Below are positions 26,752 through 35,265 of a stretch of DNA of 35,265 nt, in pieces. Both the position numbers and the translations under genes were made by a program. The stretch is from a virus (taxonomy: Duplodnaviria > Heunggongvirae > Uroviricota > Caudoviricetes): the IMG/VR virus record IMGVR_UViG_2579778866_000006, one strand, 5' to 3'. Under the pieces are notes generated by a model. That model searched no databases and was not told the DNA's origin. It saw only the letters and a list, made by a program, of their open reading frames with translations. Position 1 is the stretch's first letter. Each line of letters starts with the position of its first letter.

Positions 26752-29592
26752 TCATATATCGCTGCGCGTTTTTTGCTCATTTACGGGATTCGTGAGTCCC
26801 GTTTCTGTCTGTTTTTTGTTTCCACTGGTCAGGCCACCCCGCAGCAGGTCTGCTTTGCGGCTGGCGCGTTCAGTGGTTTCACTGATTCTCTGTGTGTGCT
26901 CTGCGTCGCGGATGGCGCGCAGCATGTCAGAAAGCACGGTAACGGGTGTTTTCATGGTGTTCTGGTCCTGCTGAAGTGTGGATGCCAGGCGTGCGGCGGC
27001 TTCAGGGTCTGATGCCCCCAGCTGTGCCAGATAGCTGGCGACCGGGTTATGGCGGATCTCCGTGCTGCTTACGCCATGATTACGGCTCAGGCGCTGCCAG
27101 AGCTGCGTGATTCGGCTGTCCGGGCGGGTATCCGGTTTGCGTACAATTTCAAATCCCTGCGGTGCAATGATGCTGCCGTCAACGTACAGACTGCCGCCCC
27201 GTAACAGGTGCTGCATCTGTTGTTCACCGATATGCAGGCCGAGAGATTCAGCAGACTCCCGCCATTCTTTAGCGAGTAATTCGTGGTTATCAGGCAAAGG
27301 CCGCTGCTGTTTACGGCTCTGTGTCCAGCTCTGCATTTCATCACTGCTGTTTTTTGCCTGTTTGTCACGAAGCGAACGCATCAGCGCCCGGCGTTCGTGC
27401 CGTTTCAGTGAGCGCATCCATTCGTTCACTTCAACGCCGTCAGGGAGCTGCGGCCACGGTACTGGCCGTTCTTCCGGCTGTTCTGTCCCGTTGTTGTCCG
27501 TTTCCTGTACACGGGGACAGTTATTGCCACGAGTCCAAGGGGCGGCAGGGCCGCCCTGAAGGTCAAAACCATTTTCGCGGGCGCTGTCTTCCGCTTCCGG
27601 TTTACGTCTTACCAGCTTCCAGTTATCCGGGTGCGTGCACACGCGGGAAGACTCCCCGATGAGCGGCGACCAGATCCCGTAAATCTGTACACTCTGCTCG
27701 CCGTAATCGTTCAGCTCATCTGCGAGGTCGTAGGCGGTGCGAATCAGGTAGTCTTTGCGTGGAACAAGTACGCCACCCTGTTTCTCAATGTAGGTGGCAA
27801 AACATCCGGCATCAGCGGCAGCGAGTACCGCGTCCATTGCGTCATCCTTCAGCCGTTGCGGGCCTTCCGGGTTGCGTGCCATCTGGCTGGCAAGGCGGCG
27901 CAGTTCACGCCACACCTGACGGGAGGGGATACCAAAGAACTGGAACTGGCGGACCCGGTGAAGGCGCGCCCAGCCGATGGCGCGTTCCACGCTCTCGGCC
28001 ATTGATTTTCCGGTTTCGTGGTCAACGCGTGGCTTGCCCGTTTTCGGGTCGATGCCATCCACGGCGCGGCTGTCCAGGTTCTTTCCGATGTAGGTGGCGA
28101 TGTAGCTGGTTGGTGTGCCTTTTGAGCCGTCGACATACTCCACCTTAAAGCGCGGAGTAATATCATTGCCCAGCTCGTGGCGGTCTTCCTGAATGGCAAT
28201 ATCGCGGGTGATGGCCACGATGCTGTCGATTTCTTCCGGATGAGCAAAGACCATCATGTGCCAGTGCACGGTGCCGTCATGGTGAGGCTCCACCGTGCGG
28301 ATGCCATACCAGCGCAGGCCGTCGCGGTTCAGTTTTTTGCGGACCGCCGCAAAAAACGTGTTAACCAGGTAATCGCTGGAGTCGCGCATGGTGGCCCCGT
28401 TCCATTTGGGGTTCGGATGACCGTTCTCCGTTGTTGCGTGGTATTTTGACGGGCAGGTGACAGTCAGAAACACCGCTCTGTCGCCACGGGCTTCGGCCAG
28501 AAGTTCCAGTCCCTTCATGGTGGCCATCATTTCTGCCTTACGGTGGACCGGGTTACTTACTCCCGCGTAATACACCGTCTCGAGATCAATCGTGAACCCG
28601 TCTTCGTTTTCCAGCATGAAACTTTTCAGGAAATCGCGTGTTTTCTCGCGCTGTGCGCGAAACTCGCTTAACGCGTCCTGGCTCAGATAGGGCGATGTTT
28701 TTCTGGAAACCAGACAGGCGGCGCGGAGTTGTTCTTCCCGCCACTCGCAACGTAACAGCCACAGTTTGCGTTTCCACCATTCTGCACAGGTCAGGCGGAG
28801 GATTGCGCCCGGCAGCAGTTCCGTGTCCGGTTCGTTCTTGCGGTCTTTGTCTGTTGTCAGTGCGTCATAATGTGGAGGCATGGCGTGCAGGTGTAACGCC
28901 ATGCGGGCCAGCATCTGATACGCCTTCAGTGCCACCTCCATGGTCAGCTCACCATCGGTCGCGCCAAAGCCATCGCAGAGTTTTTCGAAGGTGCTGCTGA
29001 ACATCGCCGCCGTCATGGTGGCCAGCGTCTGTATCTGGTGCTTGTTGAGCTGCGGCAGGTAAAGCAAATCATCCAGGCGTTCGCGTCCGGCAAGGGAGCG
29101 ATAACCCGGTGTCAGCCAGCGGTGGTCGGTGCGGTCCAGGCGTTCGAATATTTTGCGCAGGGTTCCGCGCGCGTAGCGTTCAGCCTGCCAGCTCTTTTTG
29201 CCTTTCTGGCGATCGGCTTCCTGTTTTTTGCGCAGGAAAGAGAGGTGGCGGCTCAGAGGTTCACGCAGATAAACGGGAAGCACCTTCAGTGTGGCAAAAG
29301 CACGGGCTACCGGGTCTTGTTCTGTTGCCCGGCGCTTACTGATGATGCTCTGAGCCAGCTTTTCACGCTGTCCGGCTTCCTCAAGGGATGCCATGAGTTT
29401 TTTACCCATGGCGGATTGTGCGAAAAAGGCTTCCTCCTTCGCTTCCTGTTCTTCCCGGGCCTTTTTGTCCGCCTCAAGGTAGTAACGGATGGCGCGTTGC
29501 AGGTCGGTTTCAGTTTCCTGCCTGCGCTCCGTAAATCTGGCCGGATCAATGGCTGGTCGTGGTTCATTCCAGCTCCATGCAAACTCACTCAT
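26752..29592 (-). CDS. A: Replication initiation endonuclease A (rolling-circle initiator)
   Basis: Large ORF at the end of the early operon with P2/186 A-family features (HWHMMVF histidine motif, YIATYIGKNLD); start placed at MSEFAWSW, whose ATG overlaps the upstream stop (ATGA). Longer than P2 A. Confidence 0.85.
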   Translation of the reverse strand: MSEFAWSWNEPRPAIDPARFTERRQETETDLQRAIRYYLEADKKAREEQEAKEEAFFAQSAMGKKLMASLEEAGQREKLAQSIISKRRATEQDPVARAFATLKVLPVYLREPLSRHLSFLRKKQEADRQKGKKSWQAERYARGTLRKIFERLDRTDHRWLTPGYRSLAGRERLDDLLYLPQLNKHQIQTLATMTAAMFSSTFEKLCDGFGATDGELTMEVALKAYQMLARMALHLHAMPPHYDALTTDKDRKNEPDTELLPGAILRLTCAEWWKRKLWLLRCEWREEQLRAACLVSRKTSPYLSQDALSEFRAQREKTRDFLKSFMLENEDGFTIDLETVYYAGVSNPVHRKAEMMATMKGLELLAEARGDRAVFLTVTCPSKYHATTENGHPNPKWNGATMRDSSDYLVNTFFAAVRKKLNRDGLRWYGIRTVEPHHDGTVHWHMMVFAHPEEIDSIVAITRDIAIQEDRHELGNDITPRFKVEYVDGSKGTPTSYIATYIGKNLDSRAVDGIDPKTGKPRVDHETGKSMAESVERAIGWARLHRVRQFQFFGIPSRQVWRELRRLASQMARNPEGPQRLKDDAMDAVLAAADAGCFATYIEKQGGVLVPRKDYLIRTAYDLADELNDYGEQSVQIYGIWSPLIGESSRVCTHPDNWKLVRRKPEAEDSARENGFDLQGGPAAPWTRGNNCPRVQETDNNGTEQPEERPVPWPQLPDGVEVNEWMRSLKRHERRALMRSLRDKQAKNSSDEMQSWTQSRKQQRPLPDNHELLAKEWRESAESLGLHIGEQQMQHLLRGGSLYVDGSIIAPQGFEIVRKPDTRPDSRITQLWQRLSRNHGVSSTEIRHNPVASYLAQLGASDPEAAARLASTLQQDQNTMKTPVTVLSDMLRAIRDAEHTQRISETTERASRKADLLRGGLTSGNKKQTETGLTNPVNEQKTRSDI

Positions 29593-29978
29593 GGCTGGTA
29601 TCCCGTCACGCGCTGCCACTCCTGCGAGAAGATGGCGGAAAGGCGGTCAAATTCAGCGGTGTATTCACTCAGCGAGGCACACCCGCCAGCAGTGCGATGC
29701 GCCAGTATTGCCGCAAATACGGAGGCCGGGGAGTCGTAATACGCCAGTAGTGATTCGCCGTGTGGTGTCAGGCAGTGCAACGCCAGCCCGTGTGGTGTGA
29801 AGTCCACGCGGTAGCAGTCGTCTACTGTGAAATAAAGGGTGTCTGCATTCTCCGGTTTTGTGGTGCGTGCTCTGTTGTCACGACCACGGATGTAGAGATC
29901 AAATAATCCCTGAAGAACGGGAGCCAGACGGGTGTCCTGTGTGCGCACCCATCTTGTGAAGTCATGAGCGTCAATCAT
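29589..29978 (-). CDS. Hypothetical early protein (129 aa)
   Basis: ORF translationally coupled to A (ATGA overlap). Confidence 0.6.
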   Translation of the reverse strand: MIDAHDFTRWVRTQDTRLAPVLQGLFDLYIRGRDNRARTTKPENADTLYFTVDDCYRVDFTPHGLALHCLTPHGESLLAYYDSPASVFAAILAHRTAGGCASLSEYTAEFDRLSAIFSQEWQRVTGYQP

Positions 29979-30050
29979 GCTGCAATTCTCTTTACTACAG
30001 ATGTGCGAAGGCCTCCCGCCGCAAGGTGCAGGAAAGGCCCGGAACAGGAA

Positions 30051-30281
30051 TTAATGGAGTTTGTTTTGCTGCTGGAAGAGCTGCTGAAGCTCGCGCAGAT
30101 CATCCGCCAGATAGCTGAAAACAGCGGATGAGTAGAGGTTTGAAAGTTCGCAGCTACGCTCATGCAGCATATTGATGTGCATGATTTTAGCGACGCGGAA
30201 TGCGCGGGAAAGTCTGCGGTTGATTTCAGTCTGGATGTGACGACGCTCCGCGATAGCGCGGTGCTGTTTGCGGTCTGCCAT
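30051..30281 (-). CDS. Hypothetical early protein (76 aa)
   Basis: ATG preceded by AAAGAGG; basic helical protein. Confidence 0.55.
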   Translation of the reverse strand: MADRKQHRAIAERRHIQTEINRRLSRAFRVAKIMHINMLHERSCELSNLYSSAVFSYLADDLRELQQLFQQQNKLH

Positions 30282-30458
30282 GGTGTGGCCTCTTTGGTTG
30301 TAAGTTTTGAAAACTCACCATCCAGAGCTGCGAAACAGTGGGTGGCGAGACGTACGAGGTTCGCAGTACCGGCAACCAAAGAACCCGGCCCGACCGAAGT
30401 CGGCCCCGTACGCCCCGCCATAATTCGTGTGCGAAAAAGACGTGGCAATACAGTACGC

Positions 30459-30483
30459 ACAAAAAAACCGCTGGCGCGGTTGT
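30459..30483 (-). terminator. Intrinsic terminator-like hairpin inside the early operon
   Basis: On the minus strand: stem aaccgc / gcggtt (loop gcca) followed by TTTTTTT. Confidence 0.5.
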
Positions 30484-30601
30484 GCGCTTTGGTTGTCAGC
30501 AGGCTGCGAAACCCGGCACCCGTTTTATGAGGTGCAGCGGAAATGTAACCTGACTGATTGCGGCATGGCAAGCGGTTTTTTTGTGTGTACATGATGCTCA
30601 T

Positions 30602-31153
30602 TCAGTTTGGAAGCAGTTCGTATAACAGGGCGTCGGCAGCGGTTCGGCGGTTGTAAAGCCACCACGCTGTGCTGTATGCCATCTGTATCCCTGTGATTTT
30701 GTGTATATGTCTGCTTATTTCCCTGAATGGCATGCCGTGCCCATCACGCAATTCAGTTACCAGATGAACAATATGATCGTCGTATTTAGCAGCATGATGT
30801 ATGCCTCCACACTTCATTGCGCTGTAACCACGATCGCGGAGTATTTTTTGTATGGTGCATTTGCTACATTTCATTTCCCGCGCCATATCCCTCTTGCTTT
30901 TTCGGTGGCGGTTGCTGATTATTTCTGCTATTGCCTTTTCATCCAGCCGCTGGCGTTTCCGGCCAATCAGTCCTCGCTTGCGCAAGGTGATAAGGCGCTG
31001 CCCCGTTGCATGAAATGAGCGATTAAGTCTGGATGTCATTTCCCTGATGCTGTGTTTCGGGTACATGCTTATCAGCAACGCGTCTTCCTGTTTCGTCCAT
31101 TGTTTAACGTGTCTTGGTGCTTGACCGGGGATGCCCATAGGTTTGAGTTTCAC
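30602..31153 (-). CDS. Hypothetical protein (183 aa), possibly DNA-binding
   Basis: Basic protein with HTH-like segments; function not recognised. Confidence 0.55.
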   Translation of the reverse strand: MKLKPMGIPGQAPRHVKQWTKQEDALLISMYPKHSIREMTSRLNRSFHATGQRLITLRKRGLIGRKRQRLDEKAIAEIISNRHRKSKRDMAREMKCSKCTIQKILRDRGYSAMKCGGIHHAAKYDDHIVHLVTELRDGHGMPFREISRHIHKITGIQMAYSTAWWLYNRRTAADALLYELLPN

Positions 31154-31167
31154 TGTGATTTGCTCCC

Positions 31168-31467
31168 TTACTGGTTCAGAAAAAAATCAAAAACCTTGTC
31201 AATGCGTTGCAGCAGCTCTTTCTGTATTGCTTCCGGCGTTTCCGGTTCGCCTGGCGCCTCCAACGTCGCGCAGAAATCCTCGATTTCATGACGGAGCGTC
31301 AGGCGAATGGCGAGAGGTGTGGTTTTGGCGTGCTCCAGCTGATCCAGCAGTGCCAGCACAGCAGACGGCGAGAGCATTGCGCGAAATGCCAGTAATTTTT
31401 GAGGAGTTGCCATTCGTTGCAGGGCAAATGCCAGTTCGCGTAGCTTCTGGTGGTTGGTGGTGCTCAT
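31168..31467 (-). CDS. Hypothetical protein (99 aa)
   Basis: ORF in a co-directional, tightly packed array; start overlaps the upstream stop. Confidence 0.55.
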   Translation of the reverse strand: MSTTNHQKLRELAFALQRMATPQKLLAFRAMLSPSAVLALLDQLEHAKTTPLAIRLTLRHEIEDFCATLEAPGEPETPEAIQKELLQRIDKVFDFFLNQ

Positions 31468-31730
31468 GTTCTGGCTTCCTTCAGTAGCTGGTTAAACATG
31501 TGAGTAAGTGGATTGCTACACCCGAACGGCATCGGGTTTACGTGGTAAGAAGCCTGGCCTCCAGTTTTGCGAGCGCGACCACCTGTGCTGCGGTTTGTTC
31601 TGATGACTAAGCCGCCGCGCCAAAGTCGGCGTAACTCAGTATTAATAGCTGTGGTTGGGGTGTTCAGTGCTGCGGCGATCTCTCCGCCGCTACACCCCGG
31701 ATGAGTAGCGATGTAGTCCAGAATGGTCAT
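31464..31730 (-). CDS. Putative winged-helix DNA-binding protein (88 aa)
   Basis: wHTH-like N-terminus (ILDYIATHPGCSGGEIAAALNTPTTAINTELRRLWRGGLV); overlapping start/stop with neighbours. Confidence 0.55.
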   Translation of the reverse strand: MTILDYIATHPGCSGGEIAAALNTPTTAINTELRRLWRGGLVIRTNRSTGGRARKTGGQASYHVNPMPFGCSNPLTHMFNQLLKEART

Positions 31731-31930
31731 CTGCGTGGCTCCTGTACCTGTCGGATAAGATTCACCCGCGCCACGTTGGTGGCGCAGAAGTAAGTGCCGT
31801 CAGTGAGGTAGATGTGGTGTGCATCCTTTTCCGAACGATGTTTGTCGATAGTGGTAATCAGGCGTTCGTCGACCTCGTATTCGCGCCCTCTGGAGGTAAA
31901 GCGAACGACGGGAAAATGCTTAATTGCCAT
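31727..31930 (-). CDS. Hypothetical protein (67 aa)
   Basis: ORF in the coupled array. Confidence 0.5.
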   Translation of the reverse strand: MAIKHFPVVRFTSRGREYEVDERLITTIDKHRSEKDAHHIYLTDGTYFCATNVARVNLIRQVQEPRR

Positions 31931-31953
31931 TGCGCCCCCTTTGTCCAGTAACC

Positions 31954-32370
31954 CTATGCGTTAAATGCGGCACGTTGCGCGTCATCAATGAATACAGCTT
32001 GAGAGCGTTCTATCAGGCGGAGATTTGTCAGAAGCTCTGACTCTTTTGTGTGGTAAGGCGTTATCAGGTATTTGCCGTGCAGTTCGGCAATAATGGTGTA
32101 TTGCAGCATCATTGCTGAACCAAGAATATAAATGCAGCGTCCAATGCTGGACGGATTCATGGCTGCAACTGTTGACTGTGTTTTAAGAGTGTCGATTTCT
32201 TTGCTCTGTTCCTCAATAATTTTGGCTGCGTCAGCGGTGATTTTTGCAATGGTCAGTGCGTGAAGTGCTGCCATATGTTGGCTACGCTTCACGGCATCTT
32301 TAGCTATTTCAGCTTCCGCTTCTGATATTTTTTTTAATGTGTCGATAATGCCTTCTTCTTTTGCATTCAT
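31954..32370 (-). CDS. Hypothetical protein (138 aa)
   Basis: ORF in the early operon; helical N-terminus. Confidence 0.55.
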   Translation of the reverse strand: MNAKEEGIIDTLKKISEAEAEIAKDAVKRSQHMAALHALTIAKITADAAKIIEEQSKEIDTLKTQSTVAAMNPSSIGRCIYILGSAMMLQYTIIAELHGKYLITPYHTKESELLTNLRLIERSQAVFIDDAQRAAFNA

Positions 32371-32462
32371 TTTATATCTCCGTTATTTACGTGTGCGAAT
32401 ACCTCCGCGAATGCGGATAGTTTTCAGGTTTTCGGGTTTAATCTGGTGTTTTGTTTAAGCTG

Positions 32463-32576
32463 TTATTCGTCAGTGAAAAAGCGTTCAATCTTTTTTACTG
32501 AATGAATAATTCGCATAATCCCAATGGCGCAGGCCACCGAAATAATCAGAGCAAGCCATGAGATAAATATACTCAT
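32463..32576 (-). CDS. Small hydrophobic peptide (37 aa), single predicted transmembrane helix, translationally coupled (ATGA) to the upstream ORF
   Basis: Not in the ORF track (below its length cutoff). My translation of the minus strand: MSIFISWLALIISVACAIGIMRIIHSVKKIERFFTDE; start ATG overlaps the TGA of 32573..32815. Confidence 0.45.
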   Translation of the reverse strand: MSIFISWLALIISVACAIGIMRIIHSVKKIERFFTDE

Positions 32577-32815
32577 GCGATATTCCCCAGCTTATACGGT
32601 TCAATGTGTTCCCCGCATTCTGCGGCACAGATCAGCTCGGAAAGTTCGTTAAGTGCATCCAGATCATCAGCGTAAAAAGCCACGTCATACAGACTCCGGA
32701 TTGCCCTGGTCAATGAGTCGCGGGCTGCACGTTCAGCATGAGCGCCTGATGCACTTAAGCGAAAATAAAAACGCTCAAGTGCTTTGTTAATGAGAGTTTT
32801 ATATTCTTTGCCCAT
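32573..32815 (-). CDS. Hypothetical protein (80 aa)
   Basis: ORF in the early operon. Confidence 0.5.
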   Translation of the reverse strand: MGKEYKTLINKALERFYFRLSASGAHAERAARDSLTRAIRSLYDVAFYADDLDALNELSELICAAECGEHIEPYKLGNIA

Positions 32816-32826
32816 CGCAACGCCCT

Positions 32827-33117
32827 TTAATCTGCTTTCTGAATTTCAGTTTCTGAATCCATACAAATAATTTCGATATAGGGTTCATCGCCATTAACCT
32901 GGCGTGCCTTTTCAGCTTCGCTAATAATTTCTCGTACGGTCTGGTACGGAAGTTCCACAAGCAGTCGCGTGCCGTTCAGATAAACGTAAGTGGCTTCGTC
33001 GGCTCCGTTTTTACCCGCCGGAGTCACTCCATCAATAGCGGATGCACGTAATAACAGTTCACCGCGAAAATCAATAAAACGGATAAATACACCTTGTGCA
33101 TGCTCTTTGGTCATAAC
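32827..33117 (-). CDS. Hypothetical protein (about 96 aa from an internal Met)
   Basis: Track ORF 32827..33174 overlaps the upstream gene; a likely start is MTKEHAQGV. Confidence 0.45.
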   Translation of the reverse strand, partial: VMTKEHAQGVFIRFIDFRGELLLRASAIDGVTPAGKNGADEATYVYLNGTRLLVELPYQTVREIISEAEKARQVNGDEPYIEIICMDSETEIQKAD

Positions 33118-33124
33118 GCACCTG

Positions 33125-33466
33125 TTATAAATCAGTCTGTTTAATAAAACTTTGCCCGCGAAGCAGACGATCAACTGTGCGTAATGCTTCGTATAATGTG
33201 AAATCCTGCCCGAACTGATTGTCGCCGCAGCTCAATGCAAAAATGCGGTTTCCGGTAAACGGATTGCGTGGGCATTTGTGGACCACAATTCCAGCTTTCT
33301 CAATCAGCCAGGCATGCTCGCCGATTTGTTTTACTGGGTAGCCATCCGGCGTTGCGTGTGTATCACTCAGGCTGTAGCGGATGTTGCTGCGTGATGCACT
33401 GGTAGCAAAACGGTTAGCGTGGCGTTCAGCACCATTACGAAAGCGTGAATTACGTTGCTGTTTCAT
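33125..33466 (-). CDS. Hypothetical early protein (113 aa), first gene after cox
   Basis: ORF directly downstream of the cox-like gene. Confidence 0.55.
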   Translation of the reverse strand: MKQQRNSRFRNGAERHANRFATSASRSNIRYSLSDTHATPDGYPVKQIGEHAWLIEKAGIVVHKCPRNPFTGNRIFALSCGDNQFGQDFTLYEALRTVDRLLRGQSFIKQTDL

Positions 33467-33484
33467 ATCAAAACCCCCTGCATC

Positions 33485-33811
33485 TCATGCAGCAAAATTA
33501 AGAAAGCCTAATCCCAAATCTTCCGCCAGCTTCTTGGCTTTCTTAAGCCAGTGGTTGCGCCAATCTTTACGCTCAGGAGGAAGCTGTTTCGTTGCGTCAT
33601 AGACCATTTCGAGCCACTCATTCCAAAGGATGAGAAGACGGCGCGAACTCCCTTCCTCGCCTAAAACCTCGCGCTCAGTAGTTAGAGGGATGAGTCGACG
33701 CTCTACCAACTTTCTTACGGCTGATTCGGTCTTACCTGTGCGGCGGGAAAACTCATCGACGGTGATGGGGTCTGGGATCTTAAACAATGCCCTCAATAGT
33801 TCTTCATTCAT
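33485..33811 (-). CDS. cox: Cox-like excisionase / early regulator
   Basis: Divergent from the C repressor; from the internal Met (MNEELLRALF...) the protein shows a P2 Cox-like HTH (ESAVRKLVERRLIPL) and tryptophan-rich C-terminal part. Confidence 0.6.
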   Translation of the reverse strand: MNEELLRALFKIPDPITVDEFSRRTGKTESAVRKLVERRLIPLTTEREVLGEEGSSRRLLILWNEWLEMVYDATKQLPPERKDWRNHWLKKAKKLAEDLGLGFLNFAA

Positions 33812-33880
33812 GTGATAATCTCCCTGTTTGGGGTATTTCTTGCGACGGATGCCCCAAATCAAACTCATTTGTATAAACAT

Positions 33881-33891
33881 TAATACAGACG
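33881..33891. promoter_or_regulatory. Immunity switch region between divergent cox and C (expected Pe/Pc promoters and operators)
   Basis: Position between divergently transcribed repressor and cox-like gene, as in the P2 genetic switch; sites not resolved. Confidence 0.4.
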
Positions 33892-34209
33892 TTGGAGAAT
33901 TGCAACATGCGTATGACTATTGGAGAGCGCATAAAAATCATGCGTGAAAGCGAGAGACTTACTAGCCTCCCGGATACAGCAAAAATGCTTGGTTTAAACC
34001 GTGATGCTCTGTGGAGATATGAAAGCGGTAAAACCATCCCTAATGCTGAAGTAATTGAGCAAATACTAAACAACCCCAGATTTGAGAAATATGCGTTGTG
34101 GTTTATGACTGGAAAAATTGCGCCTGAATCCGGGCAGATAGCTCCGGCTCTCGCACACTATGGGCAAGAGCCAACGGACTTACCCCCATCCGAAAAGAAA
34201 ATTGGTTAA
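33892..34209 (+). CDS. C: Immunity repressor C
   Basis: Strong match to P2 repressor C, including the near-identical C-terminal block FMTGKIAPESGQIAPALAHYGQ (P2: FMTNQIAPESGQIAPALAHFGQ). Confidence 0.9.
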   Translation: MENCNMRMTIGERIKIMRESERLTSLPDTAKMLGLNRDALWRYESGKTIPNAEVIEQILNNPRFEKYALWFMTGKIAPESGQIAPALAHYGQEPTDLPPSEKKIG

Positions 34210-34242
34210 CCCTTTATTATTCTTACGTTTTACAAACTGGAA

Positions 34243-35265
34243 ATGTCTTTCCTCGTTTCACCGGAGGGCTTGCCAATGGCAATTAAAGCGCTCGATGGTG
34301 GACGGTATAAAGTGGATGTTAGACCGCGTGGCCGAAGTGGACGTCGGATTCAGCGGATTTTTAAGAAAAAGGCAGATGCAGTGGCCTTTGAGCGTTATGT
34401 TCTCAGCCACATGCACGATAAGGAATGGCTTGAAAAGCCAACAGAGCAACGTCATCTCTCAGATCTGCTTCCGTTATGGTGGGAATTGGGTGGACGCAAT
34501 AAGCCATATGCTAACGGCGTTCTAACCAGGTTGAAAAAAATCATCAAAGAAATGAATGATCCAAGGGTTAGCCAGATTAATGCTCGTTTCATGGCCGCTT
34601 ATCGAAGCTCCCGTTTATCCTTGGGAGTAAAAGAGTCTACTGTTCGGCGTGATGAGTCGGATCTCGGAGGAATGTTTACACTCCTGACAAATGCTGGGGA
34701 ATTTCACGGAGAAAATCCGCTCCGCGCCCTCCCCTCTTTGAAACGAAAATCACCCGAAATGACGTATCTCACCACGGAAGAAATCGCCAAATTACTGGAT
34801 GCAGTAAGCGGTGATGCCCGGCGGATTACGCTACTTTGTCTCAGTACTGGTGCGAGATGGGGAGAGGCGAAAAATCTGCGCGCGGAACACATCATCAATA
34901 ACCGCGTGACGTTTAACAAAACTAAAAACGGAAAAGTTCGAATTATTCCTGTCTCTGATGAAGTTGTTAGCGAGATCAAAACAAAGAAATCCGGCCTTTT
35001 GTTTGACGTCAATTATGAGGAATATCGCAAGGTGCTCCGCAGTGTTAAGCCTGACCTACCAAAAGGACAGGCTGTACATGTTCTACGCCATACCTTTGCA
35101 GCTCACTTTATGATTAATGGAGGAAATATACTTACGCTCCAGCGAATTATGGGGCACGCCACGATCCAGCAAACTATGACCTATGCACACCTCGCTCCTG
35201 ATTTCCTCCAGGATGCAATTTCACTTAATCCGTTAAAAGGAGGCATCCACATTTCATCCACATAA
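34243..35265 (+). CDS. int: Tyrosine integrase (P2 Int family)
   Basis: 340 aa; catalytic region with conserved R...HxxRHT...Y arrangement (LRHTFAAHFMINGGNILTLQRIMGHATIQQTMTYAHL); downstream of C as in P2. Confidence 0.9.
   Translation: MSFLVSPEGLPMAIKALDGGRYKVDVRPRGRSGRRIQRIFKKKADAVAFERYVLSHMHDKEWLEKPTEQRHLSDLLPLWWELGGRNKPYANGVLTRLKKIIKEMNDPRVSQINARFMAAYRSSRLSLGVKESTVRRDESDLGGMFTLLTNAGEFHGENPLRALPSLKRKSPEMTYLTTEEIAKLLDAVSGDARRITLLCLSTGARWGEAKNLRAEHIINNRVTFNKTKNGKVRIIPVSDEVVSEIKTKKSGLLFDVNYEEYRKVLRSVKPDLPKGQAVHVLRHTFAAHFMINGGNILTLQRIMGHATIQQTMTYAHLAPDFLQDAISLNPLKGGIHISST

Larger units (their letters stand above)
330..35265. mobile_element. P2-like prophage, near complete; left boundary uncertain, right end truncated by window at the int stop
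   Basis: Contiguous P2-type gene order (ogr, D, tail genes, baseplate, lysis, head, P/Q, A, early operon, cox, C, int) identified from translated ORFs. att sites not located. Confidence 0.85.

Noticed and set aside
29975-30601. 208-aa minus-strand ORF spanning the early-operon gap
   Set aside because: Overlaps two better-supported genes and has Ser/Thr/Ala-rich low-complexity composition; the region looks non-coding with a terminator.
1-35265. CRISPR arrays, rRNA or tRNA genes
   Set aside because: No regularly spaced direct repeats, no tRNA-like 3' end and no rRNA-like sequence were seen by eye; a tRNA scan was not run.

Overview
The window is almost entirely one P2-like (Peduovirus-type) temperate prophage of an enterobacterial host, running from a left junction near 300-700 to the integrase stop codon at 35265; attL and the right host flank lie outside the window. 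Genes were identified by reading the six-frame translations against remembered P2/186 protein sequences and gene order; no database search was run. Present: ogr, D, the tail sheath/tube/chaperone/tape-measure/U block, a serine DNA invertase with an invertible tail-fibre segment, baseplate and tail completion genes, a lysis cassette, head genes L-M-N-O, divergent terminase P and portal Q, replication gene A, a long early operon of small ORFs, cox-like gene, C repressor and integrase. Four things stand out. (1) Between Q and A, where P2 carries old/tin, there is a cargo island with a ParM/ParR-like partition module and two unknown proteins. (2) The FI-FII-E-T-U block is on the opposite strand to D/ogr and to the head and baseplate operons, a 5.7 kb inversion relative to canonical P2 order. 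(3) The Z/fun position holds a Gin/Cin/Pin-type invertase and a roughly 2.7 kb invertible segment bounded by inverted gix-like sites. (4) The early operon carries about 3 kb more small-ORF cargo than P2, including a translationally coupled 37-aa hydrophobic peptide. Motif coordinates I derived by hand may be off by 1-2 bp; CDS coordinates follow the supplied ORF track unless stated.
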